DNA of 42,046 nucleotides from Chthoniobacteraceae bacterium. GTDB lineage: Bacteria; Verrucomicrobiota; Verrucomicrobiia; Chthoniobacterales; Chthoniobacteraceae. The notes under the pieces are model-generated. The model was not told where the DNA came from. It saw nothing but the letters and a program-made list of their open reading frames with translations, and made no database searches. Shown here piece after piece: positions 1 to 9,988 of this stretch. The stretch covers positions 1-42,046 of the forward strand of contig JANNXQ010000084.1 in NCBI GenBank assembly GCA_031409655.1. The letters are read 5' to 3'. Numbering within the stretch: position 1 is the stretch's first letter; the number at the start of each line of letters is the position of its first letter. A program made the position numbers and the translations under genes.

Positions 1-64
1 TTAACTGTCCCATCGAGCTATAAGAAATTATTGACGAAATAATTATTAGAACAATATTTTTCAT
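1..64 (-). CDS. 5' fragment of a foreign AT-rich secreted protein (runs off the left edge)
   Basis: ATG at 64-62 reads MKNIVLIIISSIISYSSMGQL..., a signal-peptide-like sequence; 19/80 G+C in bases 1-80, unlike the rest of the window. Confidence 0.5.
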   Translation of the reverse strand, partial: MKNIVLIIISSIISYSSMGQL

Positions 65-94
65 TTAGTTTAAATTATGCATAGCAGGTAACGT

Positions 95-721
95 TCAGTG
101 CATTTGCGCCGGCGGGTTGCTACCACCATCGGCGAGCTTGCGCAGGGCATTGCGCAGATCGCGGCGGGCGAGGGGATCGAGGCCGCTCGCGGGTTCATCG
201 AGAATGAGGACGCGCGGGCGGTGGAGGAGCGTCTTCGCGAGCACGACGCGCTGGGTCTGGCCGCGGGAAAGCGCTTTGCACCAGGCGTTCCGCTGATCGG
301 TGAGCGCGACTTCCGCGAGGCATTCGGCGACACGGTCGCGACGCTGCGCGCGGTTGCCGAGGCCGTAAGCCGCGGCGTGAAATTCGAGGAACTCGCCCAC
401 TTTCAAATCCGAGGGCACGGGTGCGAGATCCGGCATGTAGCCGATGATCCGCCGCGCGCTCTCGATGTCCTCCAGCACATCCACGCCGTCGAGGATGACC
501 TCGCCGTAGGTCGGCTCCATGAGCGTGGTGAGCACGCGGAAGGTGCTCGTTTTCCCCGCGCCATTCGGACCGACGAGGCCGAAGATTTCGCCCGGCGGAA
601 CGGTGAGCGTGAGATCATTCACTGCGACGAAATCGCCGTAGTCCACGCGGAGCGAGCGGACGTCGATCGCCGGACGCGCGTCGGCAAGCGGCGGCGGCAG
701 GGCTGCCCCATTTCCGCTCAT
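95..721 (-). pseudogene. ABC transporter ATP-binding protein, C-terminally truncated at ~122
   Basis: Walker A GPNGAGKT, signature LSRGQ, Walker B ILDEP; ends LADGG-SNPPAQMH without the H-loop, where the AT-rich sequence begins. Confidence 0.75.
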
Positions 722-1716
722 CAGAGATCGCCCGCCTCGAGTGGGTCCCAGTCTGGCGGCAAGGTCAGCCCCATCGCCTCCATGTCTTTCACCGCTTCTT
801 CGCGGCGGCGCTGGCGCTCGGCTTCGTAGGCCGCACGCTGATCCGCCCGCAGCACGCCGAGCATCGCCTGATGCGGATCGCCGACGGGCGCGGCGCTGAT
901 CACCCCCTGCGCGCCTTCCAGCACCATGGCGGGATCGTAGCCCGGCGAGTTTCGCGCCATGAGGCCGAAGACCTGATCGCGCTGCGCCTCGTCCAGGCGC
1001 ACGATGCTGTCGAGTCGCTGCACTTTCGTGTCCGCGGTGCGCTGGATCTGCTCGGCGCGGTCATTCAGCCGCTCGGTCTTAAAGGTCGCGAGCTTGTCGC
1101 CACTGAGCACGCCTTCCATGAATTTCTCCAGCCCCTCGTCCGGCCGGACATCGCGCGAGGCCCGCATCACGTCCTCGAGCTGGGTGTCTTCCTTGCCGAG
1201 CAGGTCGGTCCAGCGCGCCGCTTCCTCATTCGACTTGTTCGCAAACCAGGAGCGGAGCGCCGACTGCTGGTCCGGAGTCAGTTGATACTTTCGCGCCAGC
1301 TCGCCCGACATCCGATCGATGATCTCGCGCTGCTGCTTCACCCGCATCCGATCAAAGAGTGGGGCGAGGTCGCGGATCAGCGGCTTGGTCGCGCGGAAAA
1401 CATCCTGCGGCGTGACGGGGCGGCCTTCGCGGATGCCCTCCGCGATGCTGCGCGCGCCATCGGCCAGCGTCCGGGCGCGGCGCACCCGGCCGTGGGCGTC
1501 GCGAGGGGTCGTCCCGCCTTCGGGAGTCTCGCTCGCCTCCATGGCAGCGAGCCGGTTGTTCGCTTTCATCAGCTCCAATTCCAGCCGGCTGGCCCGCTCC
1601 TCCGCCGATCCCGCCTCGCCCGGCAGGCTCTGCAAATACATGGTGGCTCCCGCGCCACCGACGGCGAGGCCGATGACGAGGGGAATCAGGGAGCGAATCT
1701 TTTCAATGAGCGACAT
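721..1716 (-). CDS. Hypothetical membrane-anchored helical protein
   Basis: Long ORF, N-terminal TM (LIPLVIGLAVGGAGA), coiled coil; stop overlaps the ABC gene start. Confidence 0.7.
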   Translation of the reverse strand: MSLIEKIRSLIPLVIGLAVGGAGATMYLQSLPGEAGSAEERASRLELELMKANNRLAAMEASETPEGGTTPRDAHGRVRRARTLADGARSIAEGIREGRPVTPQDVFRATKPLIRDLAPLFDRMRVKQQREIIDRMSGELARKYQLTPDQQSALRSWFANKSNEEAARWTDLLGKEDTQLEDVMRASRDVRPDEGLEKFMEGVLSGDKLATFKTERLNDRAEQIQRTADTKVQRLDSIVRLDEAQRDQVFGLMARNSPGYDPAMVLEGAQGVISAAPVGDPHQAMLGVLRADQRAAYEAERQRRREEAVKDMEAMGLTLPPDWDPLEAGDL

Positions 1717-1834
1717 GCGCAACGGACGACTCCACCACGGGCCGGGGTGCGAGACAATGCCCGATCCTGCTCCGCCGACTTGTCACCCGCGGCCCCTTGC
1801 AGGGCTGGCCCATTCCCTGCACTATGCGCGACTC

Positions 1835-2728
1835 ATGAAATTCATCCGCGACATCCACGAAGAGTGCCGCGCCGCTGGCCGGCCCGCAGTCTCCGTGGAA
1901 TTTTTTCCCCCAAAGACCGACGAAGGAGACAAGACGCTGCTGGAGAAAACCATCCCCGCGCTGCTCGCCCTCAAGCCGGACTACTGCTCCGTGACTTATG
2001 GCGCCGGCGGCACCACGCGGGAGAAGACGGTGGGCATCGTCGATCGCATCCAACGCGAGCATCAGCTCACGGCGATGATGCATCTCACGTGTGTGAACTC
2101 GACCAAGGCGGAACTCGGCGAAGTGATCGCCGACGCGCGCGGGCGCGGCATCAAAAACATCCTCGCGCTGCGTGGCGATCCGCCGAATGGCGCTGGTGAA
2201 TGGATCGCGACCGAGGGTGGCTTTCAATACTCCGGCCAGCTCGTCGGTTACCTGCGCGAGTTGGGCGGTTTTTCCATCGGCACAGCAGGTTTCCCGGAAG
2301 GTCACATTGCCTGCACCGCCGGTAAGATCGTGGACTGGGGTTATCTCGCGGAGAAGATTCAGGCGGGCGCGGATTTCGTGATCACGCAGCTCTTCTTCGA
2401 CAATGAAGACTTCTATCGGTTTCACGATCATCTCGCGGGGAAGCTGGGTCTGAATGTGCCGATCATTCCCGGAATGCTCCCGATCCTTTCGGCGAAGCAG
2501 ACGCGGAAGTTCACCGAAATGTGCGGCGCGCGGCTGCCGGAGTCTTTCCTCGCGCGGCTCGACGAACTCGGCGACGACGACGCGGCGGTGATCGACTTCG
2601 GCATCGAGTACACCACCCGCCAGTGCGAGGCGCTGCTCGCGCACGGCGTGCCCGGCATCCACTTCTACTCGCTCAATAAAGTCCACTCGACCGAGCGCGT
2701 GATCCGGAATCTCGGTCTCGCGAAATGA
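1835..2728 (+). CDS. metF: 5,10-methylenetetrahydrofolate reductase
   Basis: SVEFFPPKT, SVTYGAGG, HLTCV, LALRGDPP, ITQLFFDN, HFYSLN; start MKFIRD at 1835. Confidence 0.95.
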   Translation: MKFIRDIHEECRAAGRPAVSVEFFPPKTDEGDKTLLEKTIPALLALKPDYCSVTYGAGGTTREKTVGIVDRIQREHQLTAMMHLTCVNSTKAELGEVIADARGRGIKNILALRGDPPNGAGEWIATEGGFQYSGQLVGYLRELGGFSIGTAGFPEGHIACTAGKIVDWGYLAEKIQAGADFVITQLFFDNEDFYRFHDHLAGKLGLNVPIIPGMLPILSAKQTRKFTEMCGARLPESFLARLDELGDDDAAVIDFGIEYTTRQCEALLAHGVPGIHFYSLNKVHSTERVIRNLGLAK

Positions 2729-3084
2729 GTCTGCGGGTCTGGGCCTACTCAGGCTGCGACACTTGCCGCAAGGCGCTCAAATTTCTCACCGAGCACGGCG
2801 TGGCGCACGAGGTCATCCCGATCCGCGACCATCCGCCGGGGGTGGCGGAATTGCGGCGCATGCTCGGCTACGTGGGTGGCGATCTGCGCCGGCTCTTCAA
2901 CACAAGCGGGCAGGACTATCGCGCGATGAAGATGAGTGAACGTCTGCCGAAGCTGAGCGAGGACGAAGCGCTCGGGCTGCTCGCGGGAAATGGAAATCTT
3001 GTGAAGCGACCTTTCGCGCTCACCGCGAAAAGTGGCGTGGTCGGATTTAAGCCCGAGGAATGGGCGCGGCTCGCGGGGCGCTGA
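2725..3084 (+). CDS. ArsC/Spx/MgsR-family (YffB-like) thioredoxin-fold protein
   Basis: CDTCRKA, LFNTSG, LVKRP; ATGA overlap with metF. Confidence 0.88.
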   Translation: MSLRVWAYSGCDTCRKALKFLTEHGVAHEVIPIRDHPPGVAELRRMLGYVGGDLRRLFNTSGQDYRAMKMSERLPKLSEDEALGLLAGNGNLVKRPFALTAKSGVVGFKPEEWARLAGR

Positions 3085-3153
3085 AAACATCGAACGAAGC
3101 GGACTCCTTCCGCAGTTCGCTGTTGGACGTTCGATGTTCGATGTTCGATGTTT
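3085..3153. repeat. Heptamer (GTTCGAT)n inverted-repeat element, copy 1
   Basis: AAACATCGAAC at 3085-3095 is the reverse complement of the end of GTTCGCT GTTGGAC GTTCGAT GTTCGAT GTTCGAT GTTT (3115-3153). Confidence 0.8.
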
Positions 3154-3163
3154 CGCTCACCGC

Positions 3164-3454
3164 ATGAAACGCCCGCTCCAAAGCTTCTTCGCTGCCGCTC
3201 TAGGAATCTTCTGCACGATCTATCTGCTCAATCCTTCTGCTGGCTGGGTTGAATTCATCCCCGATTTCATCCCGACGATTGGCAATCTGGATGAAGCCGC
3301 CGCCGTGCTCATTCTCCTGCGCTGCCTCTCGCATTTCGGCATCGACCTCAGCTTCCTCACCCGCTTCCGCAAGACCGCCGAGCCGCCGTCGGAAGCGCCC
3401 AAGCCAGCTCGCCGCGAAGCCGGTGGGGCCAGGGAGAAGGTCATCGACGTGTGA
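3164..3454 (+). CDS. DUF1232/YkvA-family small membrane protein
   Basis: YLLNP...EFIPDFIPTIGNLDEA motif. Confidence 0.8.
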   Translation: MKRPLQSFFAAALGIFCTIYLLNPSAGWVEFIPDFIPTIGNLDEAAAVLILLRCLSHFGIDLSFLTRFRKTAEPPSEAPKPARREAGGAREKVIDV

Positions 3455-3503
3455 AACTTCGGCCGCGACTTGGCAGGCGGCGACTCGCTGCTAGCTTCCG
3501 CCG

Positions 3504-4874
3504 ATGTCTTCGCCGCACCTCGCTGAACTTTTCTCCCTCCTCCGTTTCCCCAGCGTCTCCACTGATCCAGATCGGAAGGAAGATGTCGCGCGGTGTGCGG
3601 ATTGGGTGGTCGGCAAGCTCCGCGAGATCGGGCTGAAGACGATGCTCCACCCGACCGCCGGACACCCGATCGTGGTCGCGCGCAATCCGCCCCGGCCCGA
3701 CCGCCGCACGGTGATGATCTACGGCCACTACGACGTGCAGCCCGTCGATGAACCGGCGCGTGCCGAAGGCGAGCCCGCGGACCCGAACAAGCACTGGACC
3801 ACGCCGCCCTTCGAACCAACGATCCGCGACGGCGTGCTCTTCGGACGCGGCTCGGCGGATAACAAAGGTCAGTTCTTCGCCCACATCTCCGGCATCGCCG
3901 ACACCCTGCGCGAGCACGGCGATCTGCCGGTGAATCTTATCCTGCTCATCGAGGGCGAAGAAGAGATCGGCAGCTCGCATCTCGAACCTTTCCTCACCGC
4001 GCATCGCGATGATCTGCGCTGCGACCTCATCGCCATTTCCGACACCGGGATGATCGCGCCCGGCGTGCCCACCTTCACCTACGGCCTGCGCGGCATCGCG
4101 GCGCTCGAACTGCGCGTGACCGGCGCGGCCAGCGATCTCCACTCGGGGATCTACGGTGGCACCGTCGGCAATCCCGCGACCGCCGTGGCGCGGCTCGTCG
4201 CCAGTCTGCACGATCCCGATGGCCGGGTCGCCGTGCCCGGTTTCTACGAAGGCGTCGCGCCGCTCGCGGAGTGGGAGCGAAAGTCCTGGTCGAAGCTCCC
4301 GCTCACCGACGCGGCCTTGCTCGCGATCACGGGCGCGCCGGAGTTGGTGGGCGAGCCGGGTTACACCGCGCTCGAGCGAGTCTGGGCGCGGCCCACGGCG
4401 GAGGTGAATGGCATCGGTGGCGGTTTCCAGGGCGCAGGCTCGAAGACCGTGATCCCCCGCGAAGCCTTTGCCAAACTGACCTGCCGGCTGGTGCCCGGTC
4501 AGCAGCCCGCGGCCGTGGTCGCGAAAGTGCAGGCGCATCTCGAGGCGCACTGTCCGCGCGGCGTCCGGCTCGAAGTGCGGCCCGGCCATGGCGGCGAGCC
4601 TTACCTCATGGATCCGAATTCGACAGGCGGTCTCGCGGCGCAGAAGGCGCTGCAGCGGGCCTTTCCCGGTCGCGACATTGCGCTCATCCGCGAAGGCGGA
4701 AGCATTCCCATCGTCACGACTTTCAAAAAGGTGCTCGGAGTCGAGACGCTGCTGCTCGGGCTCGCGCTGCCCGACTGCCGCGCCCACGCGCCGAACGAAA
4801 ACTTCCCCGTCGCAAACTTTGAGGGAGGCATCCGCCTGAATCGCGCGTTGCTCGAGGAACTGGCCGCCACGTAG
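3504..4874 (+). CDS. M20-family metallo-dipeptidase
   Basis: YGHYDVQP, GRGSADNKGQ, EGEEEIGS, DLHSG, GGSIP, HAPNE. Confidence 0.92.
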   Translation: MSSPHLAELFSLLRFPSVSTDPDRKEDVARCADWVVGKLREIGLKTMLHPTAGHPIVVARNPPRPDRRTVMIYGHYDVQPVDEPARAEGEPADPNKHWTTPPFEPTIRDGVLFGRGSADNKGQFFAHISGIADTLREHGDLPVNLILLIEGEEEIGSSHLEPFLTAHRDDLRCDLIAISDTGMIAPGVPTFTYGLRGIAALELRVTGAASDLHSGIYGGTVGNPATAVARLVASLHDPDGRVAVPGFYEGVAPLAEWERKSWSKLPLTDAALLAITGAPELVGEPGYTALERVWARPTAEVNGIGGGFQGAGSKTVIPREAFAKLTCRLVPGQQPAAVVAKVQAHLEAHCPRGVRLEVRPGHGGEPYLMDPNSTGGLAAQKALQRAFPGRDIALIREGGSIPIVTTFKKVLGVETLLLGLALPDCRAHAPNENFPVANFEGGIRLNRALLEELAAT

Positions 4875-4914
4875 TCACGTCCATTCTCTGCCGCGGAAAC
4901 GAACTAGCGTCGCC

Positions 4915-5664
4915 ATGCGCCGATCGTTGCTCCTTCTCCTAATTGCGTTCGTGGTTCCGCTCCACGCCCAGACTCCGCGTCCGAAGAAAAAATCCACGCC
5001 CCGACCGGCGGCATCGAAGACGACTCCCGCCGTCGAGAAGCCGAAGGCCACACCAGCACCCGATACCACTCCTCCCGGAACGTCAAAGCCCGACCGTGCC
5101 CCGAATGCGACGCTCGAACCCACGGACCTCGCCGACTTAGCCGCGCAGCCGCCGCGCGTGCAGCAGCTCCTCACTGCCGCCCTCGCCCTCACGAAACTCA
5201 ACCTTACCTACGCCTATGGCAGCGCCGATCCGGCGACTGGCGGGATGGATTGCTCCGGCACGATTTTCTATCTGCTCCGCGAGTTTGGTCTGATGAAGGT
5301 GCCGCGTGATTCACCGGGACAATACTCCTGGATTCGCAAGGACGGCGGCTTCCGGGCCGTCGTCAGCAAGAGCGCGGAGAGCTTCGAGTTCGGCGAGCTA
5401 CTCCCGGGCGATCTGATGTTTTGGAGCGGCACTTATTCCGTCGAGCGCGAGATCCCGATCACCCATGTGATGCTTTACCTCGGCACGGAGAAGCGGAGTA
5501 AGAAGCGCGTGATGTTCGGGGCGAGCGATGGCCGCAGTTACAATGGCGTCCAGCGCTGGGGCGTGAGTGTCTTCGACTTCAAGATGCCGCGCCTCGATCC
5601 CGCAAATCCCGAAAAAGCGAAAGTGGATTTCATCGGCTACGGCCGCATCCCAGGCTTGCGCTGA
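4915..5664 (+). CDS. NlpC/P60 cell-wall peptidase with signal peptide and Pro/Lys-rich linker
   Basis: YAYGS...GMDCSG, PGDLMFW, ITHVMLY. Confidence 0.88.
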   Translation: MRRSLLLLLIAFVVPLHAQTPRPKKKSTPRPAASKTTPAVEKPKATPAPDTTPPGTSKPDRAPNATLEPTDLADLAAQPPRVQQLLTAALALTKLNLTYAYGSADPATGGMDCSGTIFYLLREFGLMKVPRDSPGQYSWIRKDGGFRAVVSKSAESFEFGELLPGDLMFWSGTYSVEREIPITHVMLYLGTEKRSKKRVMFGASDGRSYNGVQRWGVSVFDFKMPRLDPANPEKAKVDFIGYGRIPGLR

Positions 5665-5665
5665 T

Positions 5666-5728
5666 CAAGGAGCAGGGGCGCCCTCGCCCCCAGGAGACAC
5701 TCGGGGCGAGGGCTCCCCGGGCTCCCTG
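5666..5728. repeat. REP/REPIN-like palindrome between convergent genes (may also act as terminator)
   Basis: CAAGGAGCAGGGGCGCCCTCGCCCC followed by inverted copy GGGGCGAGGGCTCCCC; second copy at 25969. Confidence 0.7.
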
Positions 5729-5730
5729 CC

Positions 5731-7383
5731 TTACGCAGCGGTGAGCACTTCGCTGAGCTTCTGCGCGATGTCGGACATGGTGTAGGGCTTCTGCAAAAAG
5801 AAGACGCCGGGCTCCAGACTGCCATTGTGAAAGACGGCGTCCTCGGTGTAGCCGGAACAGAAGATCACCCGTGTCTCGGGATACTCGGCCCGCACTTTCT
5901 CCGCGAGTTCCTTGCCGCCCATCTCCGGCATCACCACATCCGTGAAGAGCAGGTCGATGGTGGTCTCAGGATGTTCGGCGAGCACGCGCAGCGCGTCGCG
6001 GCCATTCTCCGCGCGGAGCACTTCGTAGCCGAGTTCGGTGAGCACGGTGAGGCCCAGCTCACGGAGCATTGGCTCATCTTCCACGAGGAGCACGAGGCCG
6101 GTGCCTTGTTGGATCTCGGAAGTCTCGGCCGTGGGGACGACGGCTTCGGCTTTTTCGTTCACCCGCGGCAGCAGGACTTTAAAAATCGTCCCCACTCCGA
6201 CCTCGCTATATACGGCGAGGTAACCGCCACTTTGCTTGATGATTCCCACGCAGGTGGCCAGTCCGAGGCCCGTGCCCTGCCCTTGGGGTTTCGTGGTGAA
6301 GAATGGCTCGAAGATGCGCGCCTGGACCTCGGGCGGCATGCCCGTGCCGTTGTCCGTCACGGAAAGTTGCACGTATTCCCCGGGAGCCACTTCATCGCGG
6401 AGCGCGGCGGCGCGGGCGTCCATCGTCACATTGCTCAGCTCGATGGTGATCTTGGCCTGCGCCACCCCGGCCATCGCATCCCGGGCATTCACGGCGAGGT
6501 TCAGGAGGACCTGCTCGATTTGTCCGAGATCGGCTTTCACGTTCCCCAAAGCCGGATGCACCACGGTCACAAAGTCGATCTGCTCGCCGAGGAGGCGGCG
6601 CAGCATCTTGTCCATCTCCGCGATCACGCTTGCGAGCTCGAGCACGCGCGGCTGGAGCACTTGCTTCCGGGAAAAGGCAAGGAGCTGGCGGGTCAATCCC
6701 GCGGCCCGATGCGCGGCCTTGCGGATCTCCGTGACCTGGCTGGCTTGCAGGGAGGTCGTCGGCAGCGTGTTCAGGGCGAGTTCGCTGTAGCCGATGATGG
6801 CGGTCAGGATGTTATTAAAGTCATGCGCGACGCCGCCGGTGAGCTGGCCGATGGCCTGGACCTTCTGCGACTGCCGGAACTGATCTTCGAGCCGGCGCTG
6901 GTCGGTCACGTCCCGCGAATTGAAAACAATCCCGCCGACGGCGGCGTCTTCGACGAGGTTGTTGCCCCGTCCTTCGAGCATCCGATAGGTGCCGTCCTTA
7001 TGCCGGAAACGGAAGCTGAGCACCGGGGTCGAGCCGTGGGTCTGCAGGGCGTGGCCAAAGGCCTGCATGATCCGCGGCGCGTCTTCAGGATGCACAAATT
7101 CAAACGCGTTTCGTCCGATGTAATCTTCGGGCGTGTAGCCGAGTTCGGTGGCGATGCTCCGGCTCTCAAAGCGGATCGTGCCGTCGGCATCGAGGATCGT
7201 GATCAGGTCGAGGGCGTATTCTGTGAGGTGGCGAAAGTAGGTTTCGCTCTGGCTCAGGGCGGCGAGTGCTTGTTCGCAAAGCTGGAGGTCGGCTTCGGCC
7301 TTCGCCCGCAGAGCCCGCTCTTTCTCCAGTTCCTGCCGGAGACTCACGAGTTCGACGGTGCTGGCGTCCAAGGGGTGTGACAT
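5731..7383 (-). CDS. PAS-domain hybrid sensor histidine kinase/response regulator (CckA-like)
   Basis: PAS (FVHPED), H-box AHDFNNIL, NLAVNARDAM, FEPFFTTK, GTGLGL, REC (LLVEDE, TDVVMP); start MSHPLD. Confidence 0.93.
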   Translation of the reverse strand: MSHPLDASTVELVSLRQELEKERALRAKAEADLQLCEQALAALSQSETYFRHLTEYALDLITILDADGTIRFESRSIATELGYTPEDYIGRNAFEFVHPEDAPRIMQAFGHALQTHGSTPVLSFRFRHKDGTYRMLEGRGNNLVEDAAVGGIVFNSRDVTDQRRLEDQFRQSQKVQAIGQLTGGVAHDFNNILTAIIGYSELALNTLPTTSLQASQVTEIRKAAHRAAGLTRQLLAFSRKQVLQPRVLELASVIAEMDKMLRRLLGEQIDFVTVVHPALGNVKADLGQIEQVLLNLAVNARDAMAGVAQAKITIELSNVTMDARAAALRDEVAPGEYVQLSVTDNGTGMPPEVQARIFEPFFTTKPQGQGTGLGLATCVGIIKQSGGYLAVYSEVGVGTIFKVLLPRVNEKAEAVVPTAETSEIQQGTGLVLLVEDEPMLRELGLTVLTELGYEVLRAENGRDALRVLAEHPETTIDLLFTDVVMPEMGGKELAEKVRAEYPETRVIFCSGYTEDAVFHNGSLEPGVFFLQKPYTMSDIAQKLSEVLTAA

Positions 7384-7605
7384 TGAGCGAGGATGAGGTA
7401 GCAGCCGCTGGGCCGTGAGGGCCGGGAAGCTCATGGGGCCTGGAGAGTGGCGCTTCCGTAATGCTCCCGGCGACGACACCGCCCACGGAGAGCGCCCGCA
7501 CCGATGCTACCAACTTCAGGCGCCCTCCTTAATTCCAGCCCACGCATCAGTGTGCCGTTCACGGCCACTTCGACGGTGTCCGTCATCGGGAGAAGGTGCT
7601 GCCGT

Positions 7606-7998
7606 TCAGTCCGCGAGGAAGCGTACCGGCTTCTCGTAGATCGCCAGCACGATGCACCCCGCTTCGCTCACGATGGCGTGCCGCGTGCCGGGCGGGTTGA
7701 TCATCAGCGTGCCGCTTTGCGCCGTGCTGTTGCAGTCGCGCTGCGATCCCGCGAGCACGAGGATGTGCTCGTAGCCGGTGTGCTCGTGAAGGGCCACGGT
7801 GCCCGCCTGGCGAAAGCGAATCAACGCCGCCGATGGACCCACGATTCCGTCGCCGTAGAGGCGATGGATGTCCACGCCATCCTTGAACGGTTGCCACGGG
7901 ATCTCGTCCACGCGCTCTGCGATTCGAAATAAGTCGGCGAGTTCAATGCGAGGAAACGGAGGCGAGATCTCGCTGTACAATAAGGTGTCGGGGTCCAC
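7606..7998 (-). CDS. ChrR-like cupin protein
   Basis: HEHTGYEHILVLAG and NPPGTRH cupin motifs; GTG start. Confidence 0.85.
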   Translation of the reverse strand: MDPDTLLYSEISPPFPRIELADLFRIAERVDEIPWQPFKDGVDIHRLYGDGIVGPSAALIRFRQAGTVALHEHTGYEHILVLAGSQRDCNSTAQSGTLMINPPGTRHAIVSEAGCIVLAIYEKPVRFLAD

Positions 7999-8066
7999 GC
8001 TCGCGCGATCCTAGCAGGAATCCGTCGCGAGGAAACGGGGCGTCGTGCATTCTCTTTTTGGCGTAA

Positions 8067-8750
8067 TCAAACGACTGCCTTGATGAACTCGGCAGAGGTC
8101 GAGACCGCTCCGAAAACGCCGCCCTGCATTTTGATCATCTTGAGCGCCGCCTGGTAGTTGCCGACGTCCGTCGCGCCGGTGCAATCCTCGAGCAGGAGAC
8201 ATTCGAAGCCGCGGTCATTCGCCTCCCGCATCGTCGTGTGGACGCAGACGTCCGTGGTGATGCCGGCGAGCACGATATTCTGAATCCTGCGCAGCCGGAG
8301 GAGCATGTCGAGATCGGTGCCGTAAAAGGAACCCTTGCCCGGCTTGTCGATGATTTGCTCGCCAGCGATGGGAGCGAGCTCCGGAATGATGTCCCAGCCT
8401 GGCTCGCCTCGCGTGAGAATGCGTCCACAAGGTCCCGCATCGCCGATGCCGGCACCGATCCGCTTGCTTCTCCACAACTTATTCGCCGGCAGATCGGCGA
8501 GATCCGGACGGTGACCCTCGCGGGTGTGAAAGACGTGGTAACCGAGTGGCCGCACGGCGTCGAAGACGTGCTTGATCGGCTCGATGGGTGCGCGGGTCAG
8601 CGACAGGTCGTAACCCATCTTATCCACATACCCACCTGGCCCGCAGAAGTCCGTCTGCATATCGATGACGAGGAAGACGGTATTCTCCGGGCGGAGGTCG
8701 CCATTGTAAGGCCATGGGTAAGGATCAGCGTGAACGTAGCGGGTCTTCAT
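8067..8750 (-). CDS. biuH: Biuret hydrolase (isochorismatase-like cysteine hydrolase)
   Basis: [54 protein letters not shown] triad and BiuH-type Y/M/Y/D/T/V specificity residues as recalled from Rhizobium BiuH. Confidence 0.9.
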   Translation of the reverse strand: MKTRYVHADPYPWPYNGDLRPENTVFLVIDMQTDFCGPGGYVDKMGYDLSLTRAPIEPIKHVFDAVRPLGYHVFHTREGHRPDLADLPANKLWRSKRIGAGIGDAGPCGRILTRGEPGWDIIPELAPIAGEQIIDKPGKGSFYGTDLDMLLRLRRIQNIVLAGITTDVCVHTTMREANDRGFECLLLEDCTGATDVGNYQAALKMIKMQGGVFGAVSTSAEFIKAVV

Positions 8751-8842
8751 GAGTAGGTGCAGCAAAGAGGCTGGCGCTGCATGGGCGGCCCCCAACGAAT
8801 CAGGCCGGACAGGCCGCGCCGTGTGTCCCCCAACCGCTTGAC

Positions 8843-9835
8843 TTAGAAAAACACCGAGATACCGCCGTAGACCTGATGGACATCGTCCACCGGTTTCATG
8901 GGCGAGTTGAATTGATTCATGCTCCGGAGGTTTTCGTCCACGAAGTTCATGTAACGGTAGCCGACATGGACGTTCCAGAAGCCGTAGCCTTTGGGCATGA
9001 ACTTTAGCGGCATCGAAGCTTTCACCCCGACTTCATAGAGGCCGACGGTCTCCGAACTTTCATACCACTCTCCGTAGAAGTCCTCGCTGGGCAGCAGGAC
9101 GCGGCAGGGAAACTCGATCTCCAGATCGTTGGCCGGCTTGATGGTAAAGCCGGGGCTGATGCCGACTTCAAAGTAATAACCCTCCGAAGGGGCCTCGCTG
9201 CCGCCGCCATTGGGCGAAGGTCCGAAGACCGCATAAGGCACCTGGGCGGCGGTCGATTTCCCGTCGAGTTCCTTCCAGTAGAGGACGTAGGGATTCAGCG
9301 CGAAAGCCCCGAGCCATTTGCTGTCATCCAGAGCCAGCTTCACCTCGAGATGATGCGAAGTCTCGATGTCGAGGATCTGTTCGACGAAGGCCGTGTAGGT
9401 CACGCTCAGCGTCGCCACTTTGCCGAGGCCGAAGGAGACGCCGAAGATCGGATCGATCTCCGTGTAGTAAGTTTCCGGCTGGCTCCCATAGGGCGCGTTC
9501 TTTGACACGCCCGAGGTGCCATAGTCGGCCCAGACGCCACCGATGAATTTGAAGCTGCTGATGAACCCTTCACCCTCGTAAAGGGTGAGGAAGGCGAGGA
9601 GCAGTGGTTGGATCGTCAGCCCTTTGTCGCGCACGATCTGACCGCGCGGGGTCACGTATTTGTCCGAGAACTCGACGTTCAGCAGCAGGTTGACCTTGGC
9701 GCCCATCGTCTCGGTTTCGACGACGGATTTCTCCAGCATCTTTTCGGGTGTGCCAGCGGAGGCAACCGGAGCTGTGCAGATGCTGGTCACGGCAAGAGCA
9801 GCGAGGGCAGTGGTGGTGGATAGGAGTGGTTTCAT
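8843..9835 (-). CDS. Putative outer-membrane beta-barrel/porin
   Basis: Signal peptide [16 protein letters not shown]..., alternating aromatic beta-strands, C-terminal YGGISVFF beta-signal. Confidence 0.7.
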   Translation of the reverse strand: MKPLLSTTTALAALAVTSICTAPVASAGTPEKMLEKSVVETETMGAKVNLLLNVEFSDKYVTPRGQIVRDKGLTIQPLLLAFLTLYEGEGFISSFKFIGGVWADYGTSGVSKNAPYGSQPETYYTEIDPIFGVSFGLGKVATLSVTYTAFVEQILDIETSHHLEVKLALDDSKWLGAFALNPYVLYWKELDGKSTAAQVPYAVFGPSPNGGGSEAPSEGYYFEVGISPGFTIKPANDLEIEFPCRVLLPSEDFYGEWYESSETVGLYEVGVKASMPLKFMPKGYGFWNVHVGYRYMNFVDENLRSMNQFNSPMKPVDDVHQVYGGISVFF

Positions 9836-9886
9836 GCGGTGGTGGTGTGGATGGCAGGTGTGGTTGGTTGTGCCGCCGCGCGGTTT

Positions 9887-9902
9887 AGCTGCCGCTGTGC
9901 CA
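9887..9902 (-). promoter_or_regulatory. sigma54 -24/-12 promoter for porin-biuH
   Basis: TGGCACAGCGGCAGCT = GG-N10-GC, about 50 bp upstream of the porin ATG. Confidence 0.7.
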
Positions 9903-9988
9903 TCGCTCGCTGCGTGGTGTAAGTCGCTCCGAATCAGTGGCGTTGCTCGGTGATGCGAGATTTCCGTCGCGCTTCCACGTGCCCCCAC

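Noticed and set aside
1717..1834. SAM/SAH riboswitch before metF
   Set aside because: Only a short TGCAGGG/CCCTGCA hairpin; no recognisable aptamer core
2725..3084. Arsenic resistance operon
   Set aside because: Spx/YffB-like CxxC protein coupled to metF; no arsR/arsB/acr3
8755..8785. Third sigma54 promoter before biuH
   Set aside because: TTGCT is present but there is no GG at -24
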